Counted from the stretch's first letter, positions 10,234-19,219 are shown. The stretch: DNA of 56,013 nucleotides from an uncultured Candidatus Bathyarchaeia archaeon (GCA_964556565.1 CAZKWF010000002.1:107499-163511); one strand, 5' to 3'. Made by a program: numbers and translations. The notes: generated by a model from the sequence alone, not told the origin.

Positions 10234-10312
10234 CTTTTGCGCCCTTTCAGGTATCTCCGTGAAGAACCATCCTCCTTTTACTTGAACATACTACAGGTTT
10301 TTTAGATGTTTT

Positions 10313-11641
10313 CTATTGCGGGATCCTAAGTTTTTTTCCAAAAAATGGAAGCTTCTTCCTTCGCAAGGTTTTCATCATCTTTTTCATCATCGAGTGTTGT
10401 TTAAGAAGCTCTTTCACTTCTTTCTCGGTGGTGCCTGATCCTCGAGCTACGCGTCGTATTCTGGATGCATTGAAGATTTTCGGTTTCTCCCTCTCAGTTG
10501 GCGTCATTGATTCGATTATTACCTTCCATCTTTCTAGGCGGTCTTCAGCGATGTCCATTTGGTCTTCAGGTATGTCATAAGAAAAACCGGGAATCATCTT
10601 CAGAAGATGTCGAAGCGGGCCCATGCTTTTCACGGATTCGAATTGCTCATACATATCCGTGAGAGTGAACCTTCCACTCAGAATCGCTCGCATCTTCTTT
10701 TCTGGAACCTTTACCTCTGCTTCCCGCACTTTTTCGATGAGCGTTTGAAGGTCACCCATGCCTAACAGTCTACCTACGAACCGTGATGGAACAAAGGATT
10801 CTATGTCGTTGATTTTTTCACCTGTGCCAATGAATTTTATGGGTGCACCTATGGCTGCGACGGCTGAGAGTGCACCTCCTCCTCTCGCGGAGCCATCCAG
10901 CTTTGCAACTAAAATTGATCCAATTGGTGTGGCTTCATGGAATGCCTTTGCTTGTATTGCTGCTTGCTGGCCTATGGTGCCGTCAACTACCAAGACCACT
11001 TCTGTGGGTTTGACTGCCTTTTCCATTTCTTTCATTTCTTTGATCAGGCTTGTCTCGTCTTTGTGTCGTCCAGCGGTGTCAACGAGGATCACGTCATATT
11101 TGAGAAATTGTTCCAGTCCGTCTCGAGCAACTTTGACGGAATTTTTTGCTTTCGAGTCTCCGTAGACGGGAATGTTTATGCGTTTGGCTAGTTGTTCTAG
11201 TTGTGCGAGTGCGCCTGGTCTATAGGTGTCTGTGCAGACAAGCGCTGTTTTTAATCCTCTTTTTTGGAGGTATCTAGCAAGTTTTGCCGCAGCCGTGGTT
11301 TTGCCTGAGCCTTGTATTCCCACAAGCATGAGGATGTTTGTTTTTCCAGTTTTTATCTTCAGGGGAGTAGGTTTTTCACCCAAGAAGCGTGTAAGTTCTT
11401 CGTAGACCACTTTTATTACATGTTCTCGTCTGGAGACCCCGGGCGGAAGCTTTTCTCCTAAAGCTCTGTCTTCTATTCGTTTCGAGATTTCAAGAACAAG
11501 CTTCACGTTAACATCCGCTTGGAGTAACGCTCGTTGAATATCGCGGACCAGCTCCTTTATGGTAGCCTCGTCTACGATGGGAACTCGGAAAATCTTCTTT
11601 AACGCACTGTATAGGCCTTTTCCCAGCGTTTGGAGCGCCAC
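10313..11641 (-). CDS. srp54: Signal recognition particle protein Srp54
   Basis: GIQGSGKTT, DTYRPGA, DTAGRH, KLDGSARGGGALS and an M domain (SRIRRVARGSG). Confidence 0.98.
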   Translation of the reverse strand: MALQTLGKGLYSALKKIFRVPIVDEATIKELVRDIQRALLQADVNVKLVLEISKRIEDRALGEKLPPGVSRREHVIKVVYEELTRFLGEKPTPLKIKTGKTNILMLVGIQGSGKTTAAAKLARYLQKRGLKTALVCTDTYRPGALAQLEQLAKRINIPVYGDSKAKNSVKVARDGLEQFLKYDVILVDTAGRHKDETSLIKEMKEMEKAVKPTEVVLVVDGTIGQQAAIQAKAFHEATPIGSILVAKLDGSARGGGALSAVAAIGAPIKFIGTGEKINDIESFVPSRFVGRLLGMGDLQTLIEKVREAEVKVPEKKMRAILSGRFTLTDMYEQFESVKSMGPLRHLLKMIPGFSYDIPEDQMDIAEDRLERWKVIIESMTPTEREKPKIFNASRIRRVARGSGTTEKEVKELLKQHSMMKKMMKTLRRKKLPFFGKKLRIPQ

Positions 11642-11818
11642 CGTTTATTCATTGTCTCCTTTATTCTCGTGCTACATTCATTCTGTTCATTGCATCTTTT
11701 AACGAAGCGTCTTATTTGTTTGTTATCCCTTTCCACTTAGCGACACAAGTCCTCTTCTCCGTTTCCAAAAACTTTCATCATCAAATACAATTCTTCGGTT
11801 TTTTCTAGAAAGAGGTCA

Positions 11819-12104
11819 TTATGGGATTTTGGAGTATTTTTCAATAAACCGCTTTATTTCCTTTGAAAAGTTAGGGTTTGAGAAAAACATCTGTGCCATG
11901 ACCAGTCTTCTTCTTTCCTATCCATCCCATCTTGATTAACTTCTTAACTACAGTTTGGCAGATTCCATATTCGTGAGGGGGAAGCCCCTTGGGAACATTT
12001 TCAATAGGGGTGTGTCTTTTGCCCCAATAGTGGTGATGATAAAGTTTCCATAAAATTCTAAACTTATGTTTGACAAAGGCTTCCTCTTCCAATGCAATCG
12101 CCAC
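11819..12104 (-). pseudogene. Small wHTH-like protein apparently frameshifted near its C-terminus
   Basis: The ORF ends ...DVFLKP* at 11871. Deleting one base from the T3 run at 11877-11879 gives ...DVFLNPNFSKEIKRFIEKYSKIP*, ending at 11819. Confidence 0.55.
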
Positions 12105-12202
12105 ATCCTACTATACCTTTCACACAAATTAATATGATCTCTTGAATCGTACACTAGATGACTACAATATGTTACGTTAAGTGTATCTAAAAGTTATCAT
12201 TG

Positions 12203-12214
12203 AGTGTAAACACT
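12203..12214. promoter_or_regulatory. Palindrome AGTGT-AA-ACACT, candidate operator of divergent gene pair
   Basis: Inverted repeat abutting the TATA-like TTATATA (12214-12220), between two divergent HTH genes. Confidence 0.35.
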
Positions 12215-12264
12215 TATATATCCGTCAGTAGACGTTTGCATACTAGTAAAGAAGGGCGCCATGA

Positions 12265-12594
12265 ATGCTGGAAGATTTGTTCGGTAACAATGCTTTCACG
12301 AAAGTCTTAGATTTCTTTCTAGAAAACAGATTCTGGGACTACACAAAAAAAGACGTTGCAAATGAATCTGGAATAAGTAGGACTCAGCTATACAGATTCT
12401 GGAATGTTCTAGAAGAATTTGAACTTGTCAAAGAAACCAGAAAGATAGGGGGAACAACTCTCTACAAGGTAAACCTAGATTCTCCAATAATAAGATTGTT
12501 AGAGCAATTATCACAGAATGTAGCAGACGAAATAAATGAAAGAATACTCATAGAGGAAAAGAAAGCCATTAGCCCGATGCAACTCATGAAATAA
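12265..12594 (+). CDS. Winged-HTH DNA-binding protein
   Basis: YTKKDVANESGISRTQLYRFWNVLEEFELV HTH followed by a wing (TRKIGGTTLYKVN). Confidence 0.8.
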   Translation: MLEDLFGNNAFTKVLDFFLENRFWDYTKKDVANESGISRTQLYRFWNVLEEFELVKETRKIGGTTLYKVNLDSPIIRLLEQLSQNVADEINERILIEEKKAISPMQLMK

Positions 12595-12700
12595 GTCCAC
12601 TATAGTTTCCCCATTTGTTTCTGCGACCTACACAAAAAAATTCTCATTTACCATAACTCTTTTCTCCCACATCAACAAATCTAAACAGAGGAAACGAACT

Positions 12701-13444
12701 ATGTCACAACCCGTAAGAATCATAGAAAAAAAGCCTATACCTACTGAAGCGTTGATGCTTCACGGACTTCCAGACGTGGGCCTCGTCGGACTCATCGCAA
12801 CCTCCTACATAATATCCGAACTCGACCTAGAAGAAATAGCATACGTAGACTCAGACCTCCTTCCACCAGCGGTTGTAATACATGAAGGCTTCCCACACGC
12901 TCCACTGCGAATCTACGGAGGCAAAAGCGTAATCGCAGCAATCTCTGAGATGGCAATCCCCGCCGCAGCAATCCACCCTGTCATGCGGAAACTTATCGAC
13001 TGGGCACAATCAAAAAAAGTGAAAATGGTTCTGTCAATCGGGGGGATGCCATTACAAAACAGACAAGACATTAAGGCCCCAAAGGTTTTTTGCGCCGCAT
13101 CAAACACAGACCTTCTCGACCTGTTAGACAAGAAAGGCTTGAACATTTTGAAGGAAGGTTACATGGTTGGACCTCAAGCACTTACCATGCGATATTGCGC
13201 CGAGAGAAAACTCTCAGCCATAGCCTTTCTAGCCCAATCGTTTTACAATTATCCTGACCCAGAAGCGGCAGCCGTGGCAATCAACGAAGTTGCCAAAGTA
13301 GCTGAATTCAAAATAGATGTCTCCAAACTGCTTGAGAAAGGAGAGGAAATTCGGCTGAGAGCGAGAGACATAATGAAACGAACCCAACGTGAATTGACCC
13401 ACATGAAAAAGTCGCAGGAATACGACCTTCCACTGTACGTCTAG
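12701..13444 (+). CDS. PAC2-family proteasome assembly chaperone
   Basis: GLPDVGLVGLIA, HAPLRIY, YPDPEAA, IDVSKLLEKGEEI and a C-terminal HbYX-like ...PLYV. Confidence 0.9.
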   Translation: MSQPVRIIEKKPIPTEALMLHGLPDVGLVGLIATSYIISELDLEEIAYVDSDLLPPAVVIHEGFPHAPLRIYGGKSVIAAISEMAIPAAAIHPVMRKLIDWAQSKKVKMVLSIGGMPLQNRQDIKAPKVFCAASNTDLLDLLDKKGLNILKEGYMVGPQALTMRYCAERKLSAIAFLAQSFYNYPDPEAAAVAINEVAKVAEFKIDVSKLLEKGEEIRLRARDIMKRTQRELTHMKKSQEYDLPLYV

Positions 13445-13456
13445 GAGGAAAATGCA

Positions 13457-13909
13457 TTGACGTACAAAAGACAAAGAAAACGTTCAATCTTCGACATAAT
13501 GAGCGATTATGTAGAAGACTTCAAAACTTGGGCTGAAGAAATAATCGAGTCTGCCACCAATGAGCGCCCTAGCTGGGACATCGAATCCTGCTCGCTTGAA
13601 CCGCTATGCAACATTTTCGTCACAACAAAAGAAGTAGTGGTCACCGCAGATCTTCCTTACACAGAACCCAAAATGGTCAGGGTCGAGGCAATAGGCGAAG
13701 ACATTATCGAAATAGAGGCAAAGATGAAACGAAAAATGCATTTCGACGACTTCGGCATCACCCATCGGAAGGGCGAGTTCTCCTCATTCCTTTGCCAACC
13801 CCGCATCCCAGTGCCCATTAAGCCTGAACAAATGAAAATCTCCTTCAAACACGGTATTCTAGAAATACGTCTACCGAGGAAAAAAGGCTACGAAATCAAA
13901 GTAGAGTAA
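13457..13909 (+). CDS. Small heat-shock protein (Hsp20/alpha-crystallin)
   Basis: EPLCNIF, VVVTADLP, FKHGILEIRLP and a C-terminal IKVE (IxI) motif. Confidence 0.88.
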   Translation: MTYKRQRKRSIFDIMSDYVEDFKTWAEEIIESATNERPSWDIESCSLEPLCNIFVTTKEVVVTADLPYTEPKMVRVEAIGEDIIEIEAKMKRKMHFDDFGITHRKGEFSSFLCQPRIPVPIKPEQMKISFKHGILEIRLPRKKGYEIKVE

Positions 13910-13952
13910 CTGCATCGTTGCATGCATGCGTTTGTCCTTGCCGAATGTTAAC

Positions 13953-14414
13953 TCATCTATTCTTTAACCATTGTGCGACTTGTCTTAGTTTGGGGTCAGC
14001 AGTTTGATTGATTATTGGGATTTCTCGTGCGCCGATTTTTTTGATGGGTTGATATTTGGGCATTTGTGAAAAGATGACTCCAGTCCAATATCTTGTGCCT
14101 TTCAACGCTTGTTCCACTATTATGTCATTATGGGCTTGATATGGCAAGGCAAGAAACACTATCCCTTCCGCCCAGTTCAACGCTACTTGCTCTCCAGATA
14201 TCGCCATCATCTCTACCCTCTTAAAGAACTCATCAATCTGAAACCCCGTGCAATTAAGAATAACAATTTTCTTTATAGACCGAAGACTAATCTCAACCTT
14301 TTCACTCTCTTCCATCCATGAACCACCAATTGCATCAGAGTTTTCAAATTTTGCATGCTTGAAAAATCTTTCAAAAAAAGAAGGGGGAATGAGAGACTTC
14401 AGTGATTTGTTCAT
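13953..14414 (-). CDS. Hypothetical protein
   Basis: Globular-looking ORF. Start is either 14414 (ATGA overlap with the basic micro-ORF stop) or 14315 (MEESEKVEI, GGTGG upstream). Confidence 0.7.
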   Translation of the reverse strand: MNKSLKSLIPPSFFERFFKHAKFENSDAIGGSWMEESEKVEISLRSIKKIVILNCTGFQIDEFFKRVEMMAISGEQVALNWAEGIVFLALPYQAHNDIIVEQALKGTRYWTGVIFSQMPKYQPIKKIGAREIPIINQTADPKLRQVAQWLKNR

Positions 14415-14467
14415 TCCTCTTTCTTCTTGCCCTTCTTACCTTTCTTCTTTCCTTTCTTCCCCATCAT
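14411..14467 (-). CDS. Basic micropeptide MMGKKGKKKGKKGKKKEE (18 aa)
   Basis: Starts right after the acidic micro-ORF (TGA TAA ATG ATG). Its four Gly use four different codons (GGG, GGA, GGT, GGC). Confidence 0.6.
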   Translation of the reverse strand: MMGKKGKKKGKKGKKKEE

Positions 14468-14470
14468 TTA

Positions 14471-14518
14471 TCACTCTTCTTCTTCGTCTTCTTCTTCCCA
14501 GTCTTCATCTTCTTCCAT
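14471..14518 (-). CDS. Acidic micropeptide MEEDEDWEEEDEEEE (15 aa)
   Basis: Clean ATG-to-TGA frame of Glu/Asp plus Trp, with GAGGGA upstream. A similar peptide is encoded at 42791. Confidence 0.6.
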   Translation of the reverse strand: MEEDEDWEEEDEEEE

Positions 14519-14782
14519 GCCCTAGTCCCTCAAAAATCCCTTAAGGCACAGTAAGATGTATATATGCATTTCGTTCAAAGAAATATGAATAAAAAATCCT
14601 TCTCTAACGAAAATATGGCTTGTTTGGGCTCCAATTTTTGCCTTGCATACAATTTTTCACCATGTAAGCGAACATGCATGCGTATATGCTTAAAGCTGTT
14701 TGTCTTCACCCTAAACACAGCGTGCTTAGAGAGTTACAAGTCAGTAAATTGACTTATTCTTAATATTGTGCTAGTTTGGTTG

Positions 14783-14915
14783 GTTTTGAGGAGTTGCCCT
14801 CGGAGCCTGTACCACGCCACCCGGGATAAGTCACGTTTGGCTTTCTCTTTATGAGAAGAGCAGGTACGGGATTTATGCGTGCAGAGCAGGTCTTCTGCAA
14901 GGGCAACCCCAAAAC
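14783..14915. ncRNA. Unassigned structured element (multi-helix RNA or MITE-like)
   Basis: Terminal arms GGAGTTGCCCT (14790-14800) and AGGGCAACCCC (14900-14910), extendable by GTTTTG/CAAAAC, enclose CCTGTACC/GGTACGGG, TTCTC/GAGAA and TGCAGA/TCTGCA helices. Confidence 0.35.
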
Positions 14916-15370
14916 ACAAGCACATTCTTCAGTTTAAATGATTTATGAACCTGAAATGTCTTTTTTCTGACCTTGTTTGGGGTTAAATTTTGACCACACA
15001 CACAAATTACTGGAACATTATCCTTCCGTTGTTCTATTGCATGCGTGCATGCATCGCAAATCATAAAACTGAAGCAAAAGATCACTGACACTCAAATGAG
15101 ACCGAGAATTGTTTTGATTGCGTATCGCCGTTTTGCCATTTAACCTATCTGCAGTAAGTGCTGACCAAACTCCTGATTTTGCCTCCAAAGGCCTTCCACA
15201 ATCAGCTAAAGCACCGTCTATTAACCACCGTTCTTTTTGGTCTTCCGCACCGCCTGCCACAGAATGGAACAGAACACATGCATGCGGGCATATTGACTTG
15301 GAATGTTTAGTTGTAATTCATAAATCAGATTTTTGCCAAAATCTCTCTAAGAGACTGGAGAAGAAAATCA

Positions 15371-15850
15371 GTGTCAGCTGTTCCAAGGAGTTGCGTTGAG
15401 AAGTATCGACGTTTCAGTCAGAAACTGGCAAATCCAAATGTCCTTGCTGAGTTAAGGAACCTTTTCGAAAGAGAATACACTCTACCTGAGTTATTAGAAT
15501 GGCTTCACCACAAAGTAAAATGGAGCAAGGGCAACATAAAACGACATAACGCCCCAATGGAAATTTTGGCTTATGGAAAGGGGAAATGCGGAGAATTCGG
15601 TATCTTATTCACAGCTCTCTGCCTAGCCCACAACTATCGTGCAAGGCTAATTCTTGACATGTCTGATCACGTTTGGACAGAGATATGGAACAAAAAGGAG
15701 AGAAGGTGGGTTCACGTGGATCCATCAGAGAAAAGAATAGATGATCCTGAAATGTATGAAAGAGACTGGAAGAAGAGCCTGAAGAAAATATATGCTTTTG
15801 AGAATGGCGACATGGAAAATGTAACACGGAGATACAAGCTGGGCATGTAA
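15371..15850 (+). CDS. Transglutaminase-fold protein resembling peptide:N-glycanase (Png1/NGLY1) core
   Basis: GKCGEF, DHVWTEIW, RWVHVDPSE, DPEMYERDWKK, giving a Cys-His-Asp triad. Confidence 0.8.
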   Translation: MSAVPRSCVEKYRRFSQKLANPNVLAELRNLFEREYTLPELLEWLHHKVKWSKGNIKRHNAPMEILAYGKGKCGEFGILFTALCLAHNYRARLILDMSDHVWTEIWNKKERRWVHVDPSEKRIDDPEMYERDWKKSLKKIYAFENGDMENVTRRYKLGM

Positions 15851-15876
15851 CGAGTAGATGACTATAGGCGAAAACA

Positions 15877-17124
15877 ATGAAAAACACGGTTTCCACTGAA
15901 AGTAAGCAAAATCGGCAGGCAAAAGGATTCTATCAAGGGAATATTGCAGTTATCGCAAGTAGCAGTGCAACTAGGAGCTTTGGAACAGGGATAATAAGCA
16001 CTTATGTTTCCCTATACTTCGTCAGTATCGGTGGAGACCCTATCACACTAGGGTTAATGACATCAATAGCATCTGTAGTTCAGTGTTTTGCGCTTTTTCT
16101 TGGAGGGTTCATATCAGACCACTATGGCAGAAGAAGAATCATGGTTTTAGCAGCCTTCTATAGCGTGCTCTTCCCGGTGCTCTACGCAATTATCCAAGAC
16201 TGGCGCATCTTCATTGCCTCAACCATAATTGCCGCTTTTGGAGCGGTATCTAGTCCTGCGTCTCATGCAATAGTGGCTGACTCCATCCCTCCTGAAAGAC
16301 GAACCACAGGGATAGCATCGCTTCAAGTAGCCTCCTCTTTACCTGTCATATTTGCTCCATTGATTGGAGGATGGCTTATCAAAACCTACGGACTCATTGA
16401 TGGCTTCAGATTGGCATCCGTCTACACAGCCGTAACCACTTTAGCTTCAGCTCTAATCATCTTTTTCTTTCTCAAGGAAACGATGCTGAACAGAGTCGGT
16501 CGAAAACCAAGATTGCTGAGTAACGATGTGCTAAGAGACTTCACGAAACGGTTGAGACAGTTGCCCAGCAGCCTAAGAACTCTACTGATTTCATACGCGC
16601 TCGTTGTATTTGCTAACGGGCTGGTTGGTCAGTATTACATTCTTTACGCGACAAAAATTATTGGTCTCACGGAACTGGACTGGGGAATCATCGTCAGCCT
16701 ACAATTTCTATTAGCAAATGTCTTGAGAATTCCTGGAGGATGGGTAAGTGACAAAATTGGAAAGAGAAAAGTTATGGCAATTTCAGTTTTGACATGTGCC
16801 CCATGTACCATAATCTTTGTTTTGTCTCAGTCATTTCTTCAAGCTGCTATTGCTGCTCTTCTTCTCATAACTACTGGAATATATTATGCGCCAGCTCATG
16901 AGGCGCTTCAAGCAGACTTGACACCTAAAGCGGTGAGAGGACGAATTACAGCACTTTGGGACATAGGCAATGCTATTTCTGTAGCGTCAGGCACACTCAT
17001 TGGTGGTTATCTCTTTCAGACAGTCAATCCTGCAACACCATTTTACCTGTTTACTGCAACCGAGTTAGTTGCTGCATTCTTGATAATGGGTGCCGTTAGA
17101 GAACCTTCTGAAAAAGAAGCCTAG
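15877..17124 (+). CDS. MFS transporter
   Basis: About 12 hydrophobic segments; MFS motif A twice (GGFISDHYGRRR, GGWVSDKIGKRK). Confidence 0.93.
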   Translation: MKNTVSTESKQNRQAKGFYQGNIAVIASSSATRSFGTGIISTYVSLYFVSIGGDPITLGLMTSIASVVQCFALFLGGFISDHYGRRRIMVLAAFYSVLFPVLYAIIQDWRIFIASTIIAAFGAVSSPASHAIVADSIPPERRTTGIASLQVASSLPVIFAPLIGGWLIKTYGLIDGFRLASVYTAVTTLASALIIFFFLKETMLNRVGRKPRLLSNDVLRDFTKRLRQLPSSLRTLLISYALVVFANGLVGQYYILYATKIIGLTELDWGIIVSLQFLLANVLRIPGGWVSDKIGKRKVMAISVLTCAPCTIIFVLSQSFLQAAIAALLLITTGIYYAPAHEALQADLTPKAVRGRITALWDIGNAISVASGTLIGGYLFQTVNPATPFYLFTATELVAAFLIMGAVREPSEKEA

Positions 17125-17227
17125 ATCTATGGATGCATGCAGGAAAAAGTGGAACAACATAGAGCAAAAGGCAACCACAGAGCCATGTATTCAAAGTTGA
17201 GTGAATTGCGAAAATGAACTGAACTGG

Positions 17228-17623
17228 TTAACCTTTCGTCCGCGTTATTTTCGTTCTGCCCAAAATGCGCCAGTATTCAACTTCAACACCGGAGACAAGC
17301 TTTGACTTTAATCCTTTCTCTTCAGGCAAGGGGGCTTCAAATATTTCATATGTTTCTAGGTCCATCACCTGAACAGCCGACGGCAATATCGCAACGACTT
17401 GACCTCCCTTTTTCTCAATGAGAGGCACTTCAGCTTGTGCACTAACCGGCTTGACAAACGTTCTTTTTGCTCCATCAAACGTGCCTATAGCTACGATTCT
17501 CGCCTTTGCAGAGCCGTGTTTTCCCGGCTTTGACTTTGTTACACTGACGATGCGGCATGGTTCTCCGTCAACGATTACGTAACTGCCAACTCTCAAGGCT
17601 CCTACTTCCATGGGCTTACTCAT
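17228..17623 (-). CDS. eif5a: Translation factor aIF5A
   Basis: Hypusine motif [11 protein letters not shown]. Confidence 0.97.
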   Translation of the reverse strand: MSKPMEVGALRVGSYVIVDGEPCRIVSVTKSKPGKHGSAKARIVAIGTFDGAKRTFVKPVSAQAEVPLIEKKGGQVVAILPSAVQVMDLETYEIFEAPLPEEKGLKSKLVSGVEVEYWRILGRTKITRTKG

Positions 17624-17765
17624 TTTTCTTTCACCTTGTCACACAGCAATTCTTACAACGTGATTTATAGATTAAGGTATCGCTGTAACGTTGTAAATTA
17701 ACAGATGAATTAACCATTTAAATAGTTAATTTTCAGCATTCTCTTATATCAGGTTTAAGCAGTAA

Positions 17766-18641
17766 ATGTTAGTCGTTGCGTTGGAGGAAATAGGACTGTT
17801 TAATACCGTGGGTTTAGTTGCACGCGTTGACCGAAAAGCTGCGTTGAAACTTGCAACAGAACTGCTAACTCACCTCGAAGCTAAAGGACTGTCTATATTT
17901 CTTGAGACAAAACTAGCAAGGCATATCAACAAGACCGAGGCCGCCTTGCCGCTGAAAAAAATGACGCCTGATCTAATCGTCACAATAGGCGGCGACGGCA
18001 CCATCCTGAGAACATGCCTTCAAATTCCGAAGCCTGAACCCCCCATTCTAGCCATTAACATGGGTGTGCGAGGTTTCCTAGCAGAAGTCAATCCTGAAGA
18101 AGGGTTAGATGCATTGGACAAATGTTTGGAAGGAAAATTCATGCTTGAACGTTACATGAAACTTGCAGCTTTTATAGCAGGCACCCGACTGCCCGACGGT
18201 TTGAATGAAGTTTTCATCACGTCCCACGCACCAGCTAAGCTTTTGTACGCTAGAATATGGAAGGATGGTGAGGCGGTGGCAGAATGTCGAGCTGACGGAG
18301 TAGTGGTTGCGTCCCAAGCTGGCTCAACGGGATATTCGTTGTCGGGAGGGGGTCCAGTGTTGGACCCGGAAGTTGACGCTTTCGTTTTAACTCCTATTTG
18401 TCCGCTCACCGTTTTTCATCCTATAGTTTTTTCTGCAAAATCCACAGTTAGCATTGAGCTTCTTAAACCTAAAAGGGCGGTTGTGGTGATTGACGGGGAT
18501 TATCAAATGAAGATGGAACCAAAGAATCCACGCATTACGATTAAAAAGTCAGAATACGAGTCCTCTTTCGTTCGGTTTGAAGGCAATTTTTATCATCGTT
18601 TGAAGGGTCGGCTTCTTTTCTCTAGAGGGGAAAAGCTCTGA
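17766..18641 (+). CDS. nadK: NAD(+) kinase
   Basis: IGGDGTILR, NMGVRGFL, LNEVFI, DGVVVAS..GSTGYSLSGGGP. Confidence 0.95.
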   Translation: MLVVALEEIGLFNTVGLVARVDRKAALKLATELLTHLEAKGLSIFLETKLARHINKTEAALPLKKMTPDLIVTIGGDGTILRTCLQIPKPEPPILAINMGVRGFLAEVNPEEGLDALDKCLEGKFMLERYMKLAAFIAGTRLPDGLNEVFITSHAPAKLLYARIWKDGEAVAECRADGVVVASQAGSTGYSLSGGGPVLDPEVDAFVLTPICPLTVFHPIVFSAKSTVSIELLKPKRAVVVIDGDYQMKMEPKNPRITIKKSEYESSFVRFEGNFYHRLKGRLLFSRGEKL

Positions 18642-19171
18642 CGGCGATTAAGAGGAAGGCCCTCGTCTTAGATGCCTCTGCGTTCATAGCAGGCTTTGAT
18701 CCTCTTTCACTCAATGATAGACAATATTCAGTTCCTCTGGTGAGAATGGAACTTTTTGCAAACTCGATGCCCTCCATGCGGTTTAACACAGCGGTGGAAG
18801 GTGGGAGATTGAAAGTTAGGACCCCGAGCACATCTTCCATAGAAAAGGTTGAAGAAGCTTCTGAAAAGGTTGGGGATGTGCTCCTTTCTAAGGCGGATAG
18901 GCAGGTTTTGGCTCTGGCTCTCGAATTGAAGGATGAGGGTTATGATCCACGGATTGTAACGGATGATTACTCTATTCAGAACGTGGCCAACCTGGTGGGA
19001 GTAGAATTCGCGTCTCTCATGACTTTTGGCATACGGTACCGCTTATACTGGATCAAATATTGCCCCGCGTGCCACCGGAAATATCCTTCAGACTATAAAC
19101 ATAAACATTGTGAAATCTGTGGCACCGAGGTTAAGAGAAGGCCCCTGAGAAGAAAGCCTGTAAGGAAATAG
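18638..19171 (+). CDS. nob1: 20S/pre-16S rRNA endonuclease Nob1 (PIN + zinc ribbon)
   Basis: The PIN motif LVLDASAFIAG lies upstream of the ORF-track start (18740). Also LSKADRQVLALA, TDDYSIQNVA and CxxC..CxxC. Only a near-cognate start (CTG 18638 or ACG 18641) is available. Confidence 0.88.
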   Translation: MTAIKRKALVLDASAFIAGFDPLSLNDRQYSVPLVRMELFANSMPSMRFNTAVEGGRLKVRTPSTSSIEKVEEASEKVGDVLLSKADRQVLALALELKDEGYDPRIVTDDYSIQNVANLVGVEFASLMTFGIRYRLYWIKYCPACHRKYPSDYKHKHCEICGTEVKRRPLRRKPVRK

Positions 19172-19219
19172 GGAAAGAGGCAGAGTCTTGATGCATTTTT
19201 TGGGGTCTTTTCGTAGGTA

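Noticed and set aside
14783-14915. Identification as a SAM-I, THF or TPP riboswitch or a hammerhead ribozyme
   Set aside because: Isolated words (GCAACC, GTTGCCC) occur, but the required conserved cores and their order are absent. Kept only as an unassigned structure.
15018-15260. 80-aa ORF upstream of the PNGase-like gene
   Set aside because: No motif or convincing start context; several frames give equally weak peptides.
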